Source: Sphaerodactylus townsendi
Lineage: Eukaryota
Length of the DNA stretch: 64,000 nt
NCBI RefSeq assembly: GCF_021028975.2
Contig: NC_059437.1
Coordinates: 57,536,001 to 57,600,000 of the forward strand
Direction of reading: 5' to 3'
In this document: positions 35,023 to 47,479 of the stretch, one piece after another
How the letters are laid out: each line of letters opens with the position of its first letter
How positions within the stretch are numbered: position 1 is the stretch's first letter
The notes under the pieces: generated by a model
The model's database searches: none
Seen by the model: the letters and a program-made list of their open reading frames with translations, nothing else
What the model was told of the DNA's origin: nothing
Position numbers and translations under genes: made by a program

Positions 35023-36945
35023 TGTTGGAGGTCGCAATGCCTAATGTGCAAAGGAACTGAGAAGAAGACACAGCAGGGGCCAGCAAGAGGTCAGCTAGAG
35101 AGGGCTGTAAAATTAGCAACCCCTCCGCCCTTTTGCGTCACCTCTTGTCTGTCCTTAGACTGACACTCTGCACTCTAATATCGTGCTTCTTCTCATTAGA
35201 GCAGAGACTCTTCCTAGCTAGCAAGATAGCAGCTAGCTCTCCCTCCCTCTTTCCTATCCTAAATGTAATTCCTAATAAACATTTACCTTTTGCCCTTTTC
35301 ATCAGTGTGTTAGCCACTTCTCTGTGTGGCAGACTCCAACAATGTTGTTATGGGCCCAGGACAATTGCACTGATTAAAAGACAAAGGTAACTTTTGCCCC
35401 AGACTCAGATAGCCCAGCAGGAACAAAGGCCACAGGCAGAGAAGGTGGCCGTCCCCTGTGGAGGGAGGTACGGCACTTGCATAGACCTGTTAACAGATTC
35501 AAATTTCTCCACGTGGAGATTGGGAATGAAAGCCAACTTACAGCATGAAAACGTACGAAACTTTCTTTCAACCCCAAAGCCAGACTGGCCAGATGAGAAA
35601 TGGACCAAAATAAACTCAAAAGTCAGAGGTGTTATTGCATCAACTTTATCAGACCAATTGTTAACCGAGATTGATGCTTTCGATACAGCAGCTGAAATTT
35701 GGGAGGAGTTAGAAAAATGTTTGGGAATCTCAAACAGCAGTGATGTTACTGCAGTATCAGCTACTTGAGAAATGTTTGTCTGAAGGGAATGATTTGTATC
35801 AACATATTAATGAGATGCTGCAGCTAACTGACCAGCAGAAGTTAGCCAGAAAGATTTTAGAAGGTGATGACTTAATTCTATACTTGTTGATTTCGTTTCC
35901 AAACAGCTACAAGAGCATCGTAACTGTAATAGAGAGTAAAGAAAGCTTAACTTTGGCACAAGTTATTAATGAACTGAGAGATGAGTGCCCATGGAGAGTT
36001 TGCTCAAACCACAAATGACTTACGAGCATTAGCTATATGCAACAAGGGGTCTTTACAATGCCACGCATGCGAGAAAATGGGTCATTTTGCAAGTCAGTGG
36101 CCAGACCACCCTGAGGGTCCACAGAGTTGGTGCCATAAAAGCTGCCTGCATGGTTCCCCTCAGGGGCTCATTCCGCACATGCAGAATAATGCACTTTCAA
36201 ACTGCTTTCAGTGCTCTTTGAAGTTGTGCGGAATAGCAAAATCCACTTGCAAACAGTTGTGAAAGTGGTTTGAAAACGCATTGTTTTGCGTGTGCGGAAG
36301 GGGCCAGAGAGTGGGACTGAAGGCAGGCAGACTCCATCTAAGAAGTCTTTTGGAGTGAAAGCTGAAGAAATAAAATGAAATGCTTGAATCTTAGAAGTGG
36401 AAGTAGTAATCACCTTTTTGGTGATAAAAGCTAGTTTGAGCACTTGGATGAAAATAAATGGAAGACACTCTACATTGCGAATGATGAAAACATTACAGCA
36501 GGAGGAATTAAAAGCCTGCCCATAAAATGCACTCTTGCAAGAGGAGCTGTGAGAGAAATAACTATTAAAGATGGTTTGTATGTGCCCTCGCTTGCAAATA
36601 ATCTGATTTCTATAAGTACTTTAACAGAGAAAGGCTATTCAGTGTCCTTTGATGATGCACATTTAATTTTTGATGGCTCAGAATTAGTGGCCCAAGGAGC
36701 TAAGCAAAATGGGCTGTATAGTCTGGATTTATGTACAGAGAAAGTGAATCTTGTTCAGAAATGTTTAAACTTGTGGCACAGATGCTTTGGCCACAGATCA
36801 ATTGAACCAATGAAACAACTTCAGAGCCAGACTTTAACGAAGAATATGCAAATTGCTAACTGCTTTCAGCAAACGGAGAATTATGAAACTTGCCTTAAAG
36901 CAAAGGGTATCAGACTGAGGCCCTTTCCGCACAGCAAATATAAAG
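35023..36945 (+). mobile_element. decayed, 3'-truncated Ty1/copia LTR retrotransposon
   Basis: LTR 35023-35341 (TGTTGGAG...CTCCAACA, AATAAA). PBS GTTATGGGCCCAG at 35347-35359. Gag NFSTW...TAAEIWEEL, knuckle CHACEKMGH, protease A*ILxSGSSNH at ~36382, LYVPSLANNLIS, GLYSL, LWHRCFGH...C pre-integrase. Multiple stops and frameshifts. Confidence 0.88.
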
Positions 36946-37955
36946 CAGGGCAGGTGGGATACATGAACCCTGTCACAGCCCTGGACCCTTTGCATGGCTG
37001 GGCATCCATTGGTCAGTGAGCACATTGGCCAGGATGTGCACCTTTGCACAAAGGCGCTTTTTTCCCACCCACCTCCCTGTGCTGTGTAGCTACAAAGCCT
37101 GGCAGGCAATGGACCTCCACAGCCTTGCTGCTGTCCCTGTGCCCCTCCATAGCTACGCAGCAGAGAGACAGGGGCCAAAGCAAAAGGGAAGTGTGGCCAA
37201 GTAACGTGCTTCTTGGGGCAACTGTTGGCTCAGCTGCGGCTGCAATCCACATTAAAACAAAAGAATGGCAGATAATGTGAATCTTGAAAACCCCGGGGGG
37301 GGGGGGGCACAGAGCAGACTCAGGACAGATAACCCATCCCCCACCCCCCCCACCCCGGTCATGGCCACCTTTCCTTCTGTCTGCTCAGCCTGCCCCCCCT
37401 CTCTCTTCCCCAAGCAAAACCAGACACTGCCAAATGGTGAGAAGTGATTTCTGTTTGGAGAAGTTGGCCGATATGTTCACTTCCTTCCCTTGGCAGAGCA
37501 CAGAGAATGATTTTTCAGCAACGTCCGGCAAGCTCTGAAGGCAGGCCGGGGCTGTAAGAGACTTCACTTCGTGGCCGGCTGGAATTCCACTCCTGCTGAG
37601 AACAAATTTGCCAGCTCATTCTGCCTGGTAGCTTTGAGGAGGTGGTTTTAAACAAACGTGTAATATCTGGGAGACTGTGGTTCTTCCTGGTTTTATATGG
37701 CGTAAGCCAAAAAGCACAGCTCCCTGCCCCAAGGAGTTTACACTTTCAAAGCGGGAGGCCATCTGGCACAATGAGTCAGGTTCTGGCAGGCAGCTTCAAC
37801 CCAAACATTGACAGAGCTATTAAATGGGGCCTTTGTAACTGCTGCTCATTAAAAGTTATTGAACATTCCACTTCTAGGCATGTTTACTTAGAAGACGGCC
37901 TCGCCAAATCCCAGATGGTAGCTTGCCAGTCCTGATAAAAAATTTTTTAGTAGAT

Positions 37956-38179
37956 CTGGTGTTGTGGGTTTTCAGGCTGTGTGGCCATGGTCTGGTAGTT
38001 TTTGCTCCTAACATTTCCTCTAATGTGGCAAGAAGAGAAACACGTCTTATCATGATATGCCTGTGAAGGTGTCAGTTTTAGATGCAGGTGAAACATTAGG
38101 AGCAGAAACCATCAGACCACGGACACACAGCCTGGAAAACACGCAGTTGAGTCCAGGTATTGAAGCCTTTGACAATACA
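37956..38179. mobile_element. Penelope-like hairpin element (decayed)
   Basis: Same inverted structure and gccttngacaataca end as the 21350 element. Confidence 0.7.
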
Positions 38180-38614
38180 TTTTGGTAGATTGATTTTTCA
38201 AATAATGCTAACTATATCTTCATGTTACCAAACCTCAGTAATGGACTTCTGGTATCTCAACTAGAACTTCAGTATGTTATGGCTGCATTTGAGATCAACA
38301 CATTTTCATTTGATTAACTGTCTGCCTTTAGTCGATGAGTTTGTTAATACAGTTATGACCGCAGAACAATTCCTTCGACTTCCTCCGGCCCTTAACAAGT
38401 GCGCTGCAGCAGCGAACCTGTGACTGACCTGACTTTCTTGGCCCTCTGTGGATTCTTGCTGTCTTTCTTTAGTGATAGAAGCTCTTCTGTTTCAGATTTC
38501 TAAGGCTAGTAGTGAAGGACCTGCCGAAGGTGGGCGTGTGTTGCTGTTTGCATGCCTGCGGCTCTTGCTGCCTTGTGTGTCTTGCATTTCGTAGTGGTCT
38601 GTCAAGAGCTCATT

Positions 38615-38616
<2 letters not shown>

Positions 38617-38673
<57 letters not shown>
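38617..38673. repeat. compound (CT)n(GT)n microsatellite
   Basis: direct observation. Confidence 0.95.
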
Positions 38674-38674
<1 letters not shown>

Positions 38675-39159
38675 ACCCACGCGAGGATGCAATTCCAGAG
38701 GCCATCTGTTTCCATAACGTCACCAGACTTTTTACAAAGTTTCCTTTGTAAAGGTTGTCACCCACTCTGTGTGTGCTCCGGCACTCGTTTCATAGCTTCT
38801 GGCCCTATGCAGGGTGACAGCAATTCCTGGCACAGAAAGGCAGAGGCTGGAGCTCCAGTTCTGGCTTTTAACAAAATTGGTGATGTGTGGTTACTTTGCC
38901 CCTGCAGGAAACGAGAGAACCCCGTGAAGTCCTCCTTTGGGGAGCGTTGCCTCTGGAGGAGCAGGAGTCCTCAGCAAGAGTCCCCAGCCTGCAGGAAGAG
39001 GCTTTGCCATGCTTGGGTGCCCCATAGGAGAAGACCCTGTAGGGAAGATAGGGCTGGGAGAAAGAAAGTGGGGTAGTGGCCATGATCCCAGGAAGCCTGG
39101 TTCTTTAGGGTCTGCTTGCTTAATCCCAAGCTTTTCCCCTTTGGGCACAGACGACAGCT

Positions 39160-40135
39160 AGGAAACCGTGTGTGTATCAGGTGCTCATCACTGTTTGCAG
39201 GCTCCGGCCAGGGACAATCTAGGTGGATGAATAACGAGATGAAGAACTGGCTTTGCAGGTGGGGCTGCCAGGAACATTGTGGTTTCTTGGAGCATGATCT
39301 GAGATTTCATGAAGATGAATTATTACTGGCAAGGGTTGGGTTACGCCCAGTGTTGGGATTCAAATCATTTAACCACTGGTTGCATACAAGTACCACTTTA
39401 ACAACCGGTTCTGCCGAAGTGGTGCGAACCTCCTGCTGAATCCCGTCACTGGTTACACCTCACGGATGTAGGTAGGAACATTTTTGCTAAGAGTCTCAGC
39501 GACCTGATCAGGAGGGCTTTCAACTGAGTAATGTGGGAGGGAGACAGCGAGCAAATAGTTCCAGAATCCAACACTGGGAGGGAAAAAACCCTGAAATAAG
39601 CAGCCAGTGGAAACGAACCGTGGCCTTAGATGTCTCTACATGCTCAGTGCAAGGGAAATATGAACTAGAACTCTTAACATGGCAAAGCAAATATGATATC
39701 ATAGGCATTACTGAAACCTGGTGGGATGAGTCTCATGACTGGAATGTTATAGTTGAGGAGTATAACCAAGTTCAGAGAAACAGACCAACAAGGAAAGGAG
39801 AAGGAGTAGCACTACATGTCAGGAATGATCACACCTGTGAGAAAAGTCCATGTCTTTAATCCTGTAAGCCAGGTTAAGAGCATCTGGGTAAAAATTAAGA
39901 GGGAGAAAGGCAACAGTGATCTCAGTGTGGCGGTCTATTACAGACAGTGAGGGTTGTCCAACACTGGGATACGCTGCCTTGGAATGTGATGGAGTCTCCT
40001 TCTCTGGAGGTCTTTAAACAGAGGTTGGATGGCCAGCTGTCAGGAGTTATTGGACTGTGTATTCCTGCATCGCAGTGGGTTGGCCTGGATGATGCTTGTG
40101 GCCTCTTCAAACTCTATAATTCTGTGATTCTATCA
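39160..40135 (+). mobile_element. CR1 LINE remnant (ORF1 esterase end, ORF2 endonuclease start, joined to 3' tail)
   Basis: WLCRW...GFLEHDL..LLARVGL; DIIGITETWWDESHDWN; internal deletion to the 3' tail at ~39945. Confidence 0.75.
39348..39451. mobile_element. small hAT-like MITE inserted in CR1
   Basis: TIRs cagtgttgggattca / tgaatcccgtcactg; TSD GTTACGCC/GTTACACC. Confidence 0.75.
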
Positions 40136-40149
40136 TGACGAAAAAAGCT

Positions 40150-40930
40150 GTGGATGTTTGAATGTTGTGGTGCAAACTGTGGCCGTAGACATGATATATT
40201 ATTTGATGGAGAGTTTGCTTTGACCGACTGCAGAAACCCTGAGGATCCGCATGGATCCATGCCTCCGAACCATGTCTGCACTGCGGGGCTTCATCACTCT
40301 ATGAGTGTGTTTTTGAGGTGCAGTGTGTGGTTATGGACATGATATGGGAGTTGATGGTAAATTTTGGGCAACATATTGCTAAAATCCTGAGGATCCAGGA
40401 GGATCCATGATTCAGAGTCATTTGTGCGGCACTGCGGTGGCATGGAATCATGGACCTGTGGTTTTTTTTGGTGCAGGCTGTGGCCACTGACATGATATAT
40501 GATTCAATAGTGATTTAGAGGTGGCCCAGACAGTGCAAAAACACTGAGGATCCGGGAGGATCCACGGTATGGAACCACTTTTTGTATGTGCCATTATGTT
40601 GCCACCTAGTTGCGGATCTGTGATTCTTGAAGTGCAAGCAGCGAGCATGGACATTATATGTGACTTGATGGTGATTTTGGGGTGACCTAATTAAAAAATC
40701 ATGAGGATCCATGAAGATCCGGGCTTTGTAGCCACGTTTTGGCACCACTGTGGCACATCAGATCCATGAATCTTGTGTTCAGATCTGTGGCTAGGGACGT
40801 GCCCTGTGATCAGATGGTCATTTTGGGGTGCCAAAACCACGAGGATCAATGAGGATCCGTGCTTTTTTCAACCATGTTTTTGTGCCACGATGGTGGCACC
40901 ACAAAGCGTTAGATGAGTGATTTTTGTGGT
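40150..40930. repeat. degenerate ~150-bp tandem array (about 5 units)
   Basis: GAGGATC..GGATCC doublets at 40241, 40389, 40546, 40703, 40841, each preceded by tgtgg...gacatgatat...gatgg. Confidence 0.8.
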
Positions 40931-42649
40931 TCTGCGTATTGTCGAAAACCTGCTCGACAGCATCATGGTGGTTTTCATTTCATTTCATAAAAATCAAGTG
41001 AATTCATGAGCGTCCGTTTGAAGCCACCCGGGTCCGGCGTTTGCGTAGCGCCCGCATTTAGCGCTGTGTCCTTCTGTCCGCCTGGAAAGGGATGCAGCAG
41101 AGGCGTCTGGGCAGCAGAGGGCGCCCGTGGCCAAGGAATGCCGCTGCGCCGGTCGCCCAGGAGGGCCCGCGGGTGGCGAAGAAGGGGAGAGAGAGGCCGG
41201 GGGGTGGGTCCCTGGTGGGGGGTCAGGAAGACCATGATGTCCAGTGAGCAGAGACAGGCGGGAGATGTGCCCTTTCCAAGCCCAGTGCGGGGGGGGGGGG
41301 GGCTCGAGGTCAGGGTTCTTCTTGCACAGGAATCTGCCAGGATGGCATTCCCAGAAGGCAGCCAGTCAGCCAGTGACGTTCCCTGAACAATCCTGCGAGG
41401 TCGGTTAAGCTGAGAGACAGCCAGTGACTTGCACTTTGCCACCAAGTGAGCGTTGTGACGGATGACGGTGGCCTTGGAGGCCCCTCCCGGTCCAGGGGTC
41501 CTACTTGATTCTTGCTCTCTGCTCCATCTACATGATAAGGACATGGCCAATCAGGAGTGGGCAGGGTGGGGGCGGCAGAATCACCTGCCTGGAGGCTCAT
41601 ATCACCCACCCTGGAGCATCTTCTGGAAGCTTCCTTCTGCACTCTGCTTTGGGGGCTGGAGGCTCATGTCAGACTTCCCTTCCTCTTGCACCGGAGGAAA
41701 GCTCCATGCATGATGGGCGGAAACCTCTGTGATTGATATGCCTTATCTGCGAGAGCCCACCTGCCATCCAGACTAGGTCAGGATGATCACTTGGCCAGAG
41801 GCTGCGCTTGACCACTTGGTGATCTTGGCCCACCCCTTTTAGCTGGGGACGCCCTTCTCCCTCCCTCTGGCGCTTTGGAGCTTGCAGCTGGTCTGCCGGG
41901 GAGGGGGGCATTTTCTCTGATGCCCACCAAGGTTCTTCCTTAGGAATGGCCCCTGAATGGAGCTTCAGGGCAGGGGGAGAACCAACCGCTGACGAGAGGG
42001 GGCGCCCACCCTGCAGCCTGCCCCATTCCGCGTGGTTGCAAAGCGGGGTGGCCAGCCAGCCAGCCAGCCAGCCAGCTATAATGAGATGCTAACTGGATTT
42101 TCTGTAATATTGGGGGGAGGAAGGTCAGCAAGGTAAGTCTGCAGTCAGCGCATTGTTATGATCAATCAATAACCTATTTATTTTCCAACACTCCTATTAA
42201 CCTCCGCCTGCCCAGCCCCATTTCAATTTGAAAAGGCTTTGCGGGAGGCTCTGCTGACTGGACAAGTCTGATGGGAAGGAGAAGGCAGCGCTGACCCGAC
42301 CCATGAAGGTGGAATCCAATTAGAGCCCTTTTCATTTGGAGATGAATATTTTTACACATGTTGTACATCCTCTCAGCTTGAGAGTTTCGGGCGGCAAAAG
42401 AAATGTTGAGCCCCGGCCAGGCACAGGGATTAGAAGGCCGCCATCTTTGAGAGTCGCTCCACAGCATTCTTTCTGACCCGCCTGGAACTCAGGACATCAG
42501 GGGAGGCCCGGCTGAGGGGAGACCACGGTCCTCCCAGGTTCAAGACTCTTGGTTAGCAGAGAGCTGTGCTTGAGGACCATCTCCTGTCTACCAGACCATT
42601 CTTTTGCCAAGGAGTTCTGATAGCGCCCAGGGCCTGCCTTGCCATTTTA

Positions 42650-43178
42650 TCATAGAATCATAGAGTTGGAATAGACCCCAAAGGCCATCCAGTCCAACCC
42701 CCTGCCATGCAGGATCACACAATCAAAGCACTCCCGACATATGTTCATCCAGCCTTTCTTAAAAAACCTTCAAAGAAGGAGGCTCCACCGTCCTCCGAGG
42801 CAGTGCATTCCACTGTCCAACAGCCCTGACTGTCAGGAGTTTTTTTCCTGATATTTAGGTGGAATCTCTTTCCCTTCACCTTGAACCCATGACTCCTGGT
42901 CCCAGTCTCTGGAGCAGCAGAAAACAAGCTTGCTCCCTCACCAACACGACATCCCTTCAAATATTTAAACATGGCTGTCATGCCACCTCTGAGCCTTCTC
43001 TTCACCAAACTAAACATGCCCAGCTCCCCACGTCTCTCCTCGTAGCGCATGGACTCCAGACCTTTGACCATTTTGGTTGCCCTCCTCCGGACCCGTTCCA
43101 GCTTGTCAATATCCTTCCTGAATTGCAGTTCCCAGAACTGGACACAATATTCCAGATGAGGTCTGACCAATGCAGAGT
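42650..43178 (-). mobile_element. CR1 LINE 3' fragment
   Basis: [13 protein letters not shown]...KLERVRRRATKMVKGLE on the minus strand, plus CR1 tail. Confidence 0.9.
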
Positions 43179-45006
43179 ATCACTATATCACACGGGCTTA
43201 ATTGGTGTCAAATGCAGGGTTACCAAAAACTATTTTAGAAGTTCTCTCAGGACTGCTCCAGGACATGCAGAAAAGCAGCACTGGACCTTTCAGACTTTCA
43301 TGTGTGAAGAAGAGGCGGGTTTGTGCGGCTGCATTTTCCACTGAGGAGTGAAAGGCCTTTGGGGGTGGAGCACATCTGGCCCCAGGATTCAGCACCTCCA
43401 GCCAGCCAAAGGTTGTGTTCCAGTTCCAGGGAGTTCCAGGTGTGTCTCCTTTGCACTATGCTGGCCTGGGAACTTCCCAGCTGTGGCCCACTCTTGCAGT
43501 GTGAAGAGCATCCCAAATGGTGATCCACCAAGCAGTTGTGCCTTCTGACTGGAGCCCTTCCAAAGCCCCAGGGAAGCTCTTGAGTACAGCCACCTCCGGC
43601 CCCAGCAATCCTCACAGCCTCCAAACGATCTTCCTTGCAGTCTTGGGCCTGCCTGGCTGCCACACGGGCAGCTCCCCGAGGAAGGCATTTCATCCTTTTT
43701 CACAAACAGCCAATGGTCATCACCCTCCTAGGTTCCAGAACCGAACACATTCCACCAAGTGGAGGCCAATAATAATCCCTCCTCGCTGGTTCTGGTATTG
43801 TTTGTTTATATTTGTTTGTGTGTTTTTATTTAATTATTTTATAATTTTTTTAATGGTTCAAATTGTTTAATGTGTTTATGTTCACTGCCACGGAGGCCCT
43901 GCCTGGGTGGACGGGCAGCAGCACAGCAAGGGTTGAACTAAATAAATAAAATACAGGATGACTGTCCTAGGGAAGAGTCTCATGCTTCAATAAAGCCTCT
44001 CCTGCTTATTTTTTTACACATAAGCAGCTGTTAAGGTCACCAAAGCAGGTCGAACTTTCCTTGCTGGTCAGTTGGCAGCTCTGGTCTTGCTGTCATGTGG
44101 CTGAGGGTTCCAAAGGGTAACTATAATTGGTTGCATGAAGAAGTCCCTTCAGCCTTGAACCTCTTTTGATGGAAGAGAGGAGACAGTTTCCCTGCAGACA
44201 TCCTTCTGCCATGTCCAGGCATCGGGGGCGAGGGTGGTCTTGGCAGCTGGGAGGAGGAAGGGTTCTGGAGCAGAGAGCAGGGCGGTTGGGTGCCCCCTGG
44301 GGGATGGATCCAGGTGGGAAACCCCTGGAGATTGAGGGGGTGGGCCCTGTGGGGGGAGAGGGGCCTCCGGGGGGGGGGGGTGGCACTGCCACAGTCCGCC
44401 CTCCAAAAGCAGCCATCCCCTCCAGGGGAACACCTGGTCTCTGTACTTTGGAGATGAGCCGTAATTCCAGGGGATTCCCAGCTTTTACCTGGAGGATGGC
44501 ATCCCTAGCTGAGAGAGAGGTTGCAGGGCACTCAGGTCCCTTGCATTGGCTCTCTCAGTGCACCCTTCTAGGCAGGGACAGGCAGGTGGCCGGCCACGCC
44601 CAGCCACGGAGGCAAGGGGCCCTTTGCCCCCCCCCCCCCCGCTGACTCCAGCCCCAAGACTGGCCAGGAGGAGCTCCTCCTGGCCACAGCAGGCCAATTA
44701 TTAGCAATAGGCCTTTAATAATAACCAGCTTAAAATGAGGTTTATGGTTTGCTGGCTGCCCTTTCCAATCTGTAATCACCCTCATTCATATTCATGAGGT
44801 GTTCGTTAGCAAACACAGCTTGCGAGGGGGCTAAATGGGGCCGGCCTGCTGGCCGGGCTCTCTCCTGAAGAGCACAACAGCCTCGCTGATTACCAACATT
44901 AAATTACCTCTACAGGATGGCTCTAATAAGGCTTCCTGGTGGCATCAGCCCTCCTTGCAAATTGTGCTGATGTCTCCATAGGGCCCTATTAGCCAAAGAA
45001 CAACAA

Positions 45007-45008
<2 letters not shown>

Positions 45009-45063
<55 letters not shown>
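45009..45063. repeat. (CT)n microsatellite
   Basis: direct observation. Confidence 0.95.
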
Positions 45064-45066
<3 letters not shown>

Positions 45067-45398
45067 GGAGCGCTCCTTCTGCCACGCTCGCCAGCTTTGA
45101 GATAGCAGCTCGGGGCCTCTCCTCGGCTCGTTCTGGTGCTTCCAACTTCTTTGGAGGCTGGAGTGGGTTGAGATAGATTATCTTTGTAAAACAAAATGTC
45201 ACTTGGGGGATTCGCGCGGCCACTGCTTGAGGAGAGGAGGAGACTCCAGTATTGCTGCTCTTTGTAAATGCAAACATAGGAACTTGACAGCGCCAGTCGG
45301 TGAGCCGAGGTCCTGGGAGGCCACCTGAAACTCCGGTGTGTGTGCGTGTGTGCAGGTGTGCAGCCAAATCACAGCTGACTTGCGGGGACCCTGTAGAG

Positions 45399-45517
45399 CA
45401 GGGGTAGGGAACCTGCGGCTCTCCAGATGTTCAGGAACTACAATTGGCCATGCTGGTAGGGGCTGATGGGAATTGTAGTTCCTGAACATCTGGAGAACCG
45501 CAGGTTCCCTACCCCTG
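45399..45517. mobile_element. palindromic hAT MITE (family B) inside a 5S-derived SINE (45360-45670)
   Basis: TIR CAGGGGTAGGGAACCTGCGG; TSD CTGTAGAG. Confidence 0.9.
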
Positions 45518-47333
45518 CTGTAGAGTTTTCAAGGCAAGAAACATGCAGAGGTGGCTGCCCTTGCCTGCCTCCGTGTCGCAGCCCTGGTGTTCCTTGGAGG
45601 CCCAAATACTAACCAGACCAGCCATGTTCAGCTGCTGAGGTTTGATGACGGGGCTGATCCAGACCAGGTGAACGGATCTTCAGCCAACAGGTATCAGTTC
45701 ACCTGGAGGAAATGATGGCTGCTTTGACCCTACAGCTTCAGACCCCATTGAAGCCCCTTCTCAGGCTCCACCCTAAAAATGTTTGGGCATTTCCCAACCC
45801 AGAGATGGCATCTGGATAGGGAGGGCATCACTCAGTGAGCCAAGCAGCCTCCCCTTGCCCACTCCGGCAAGCAAAGGCCCCAGCAGCAGTTTCCTGCCCC
45901 CCCCCCACCCCCAAGGCCAGCTTGCTGGGGGCGGCTTCCCTGCCTCTGGGTGCCGGCACAAAGGCCGCTGCAATGCAGACGGGACTCCAGGGGAGGGGAG
46001 GGAGGGGAGGGGAGGGGAGGCTCTCCAACTGCCGAGGAAATTCAATCTCACCTCCAGTCTGATTATGATAATTTGCTACGTGCCGACGAAAAGTGAATTA
46101 TTATTAAATGCAAATAAATGTTAAATAATGCTGTTTGGGAGCCGCTCAAAATGACAGAAAAGCTACAAATTAGGAGGAGAGATTTGAGTCACGGATAATA
46201 TATCACCCTGCAGGCGAACAGTTAACCATCTCTTCGGGCCGGCTGAGGCGGCGACCTGCACAGCGTCTGTGTTGGTGCAAAGCCGGCGGGGATCTCGGCT
46301 GGAAAAGGAGGCTGGAAAAGGCTGGCTTTGCCCGCAGGAGTGGTGTGCAGGTCAGGGTGCCGGGCGTGGATGCGAAACATTCCAGTTCCCAGGCAAGGCC
46401 ACACCCACGGGGAGCGCAAGGAGAACTCCCCCATGTCCTCCACCATTCTGAGACCAGACCAGGGACATGTGATTGTGACGCCCCCCTTTCTCCCGGCCTG
46501 AGCGGTCCCTGGCCCAGAGTCTCCTCTGCAGCCACTTGGAGTGCTGGTAAAGTGATCACCACCAGTTTTTAGCCTTGGAGTGTTCAGCCCAACATCACGC
46601 CTGAGGCCGGATCCTGTGTGCATTTACAAAAGACCGCGTGTGCACCTGATTGTATCCTGGCTAAAACGGGAGGTATCAATCACCCTTCTAGTTTGTCTCA
46701 AGATGCAACTGTGACTTGGCTGCAGTTTGATGCACATTTACTTTACAGTAATTCCCACTGAATGTGGTGGCTTTCCTCTTCCCCCACAGGCAAAATAAGA
46801 ACCATGTTATGTGGGGAAACAGGCAGCAGAAAACAGGTCAACAGGTAGAGAGAGAGAGCGCACATATAAGCGGCCCCCGACACATCATGATTTATGTGCC
46901 TTTTCATGTTCTTTATGATATTTAAAAGCGACCTTGCCACACAAGGAATCCCCGAGGTGTCCAAGAAGGGGATCAAAACATATAATCTTCTTGCAAAATT
47001 ATCTAAAGCAGCCCAAAAAATGTCAGCCAGGGTGTAAGAAAAAGACCCCCAATCTTTCTGTCTGCTTCTAAGGCCTTCCAGCAAAGAGAAGTCTTTCGTC
47101 TGATCTGGAAGGGTGGGGTGGGGGAGGAGTCCAGTCTGGTGATGGGGATGGCCAAGAAGCGTCCTCTCTGGCCCTGGCTGCCCTGACCACAGCTCAGCTA
47201 GGGGAGTTGATTTCTGCAACAAGGCACCATCCATGGGTCTCAAGTGACAAATGGACGGACGAATGGATGGACAGACAGACAGCTAGCCATGGCAAACCAC
47301 CTCTTTTAGTCTCTTGCCCTGAAAACCCTACTG

Positions 47334-47479
47334 CAGTGGTGGCGAACCTTTGGCACTCCAGATGTTATGGACTACAATTCCCATCAGCCCCTGCCAGCAT
47401 GGCCAATTGGCCATGCTGGCAGGGGCTGATGGGAATTGTAGTCCATAGCATCTGGAGTGCCAAAGGTTCACCACCATGG
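47334..47479. mobile_element. palindromic hAT MITE (family A) inside a SINE tail
   Basis: TIR CAGTGGTGGCGAACCTTTGG; TSD CCCTACTG. Confidence 0.9.

Noticed and set aside
40150-40930. CRISPR-like periodicity
   Set aside because: Eukaryotic context; whole units are homologous, with no constant-repeat/unique-spacer structure and no cas genes
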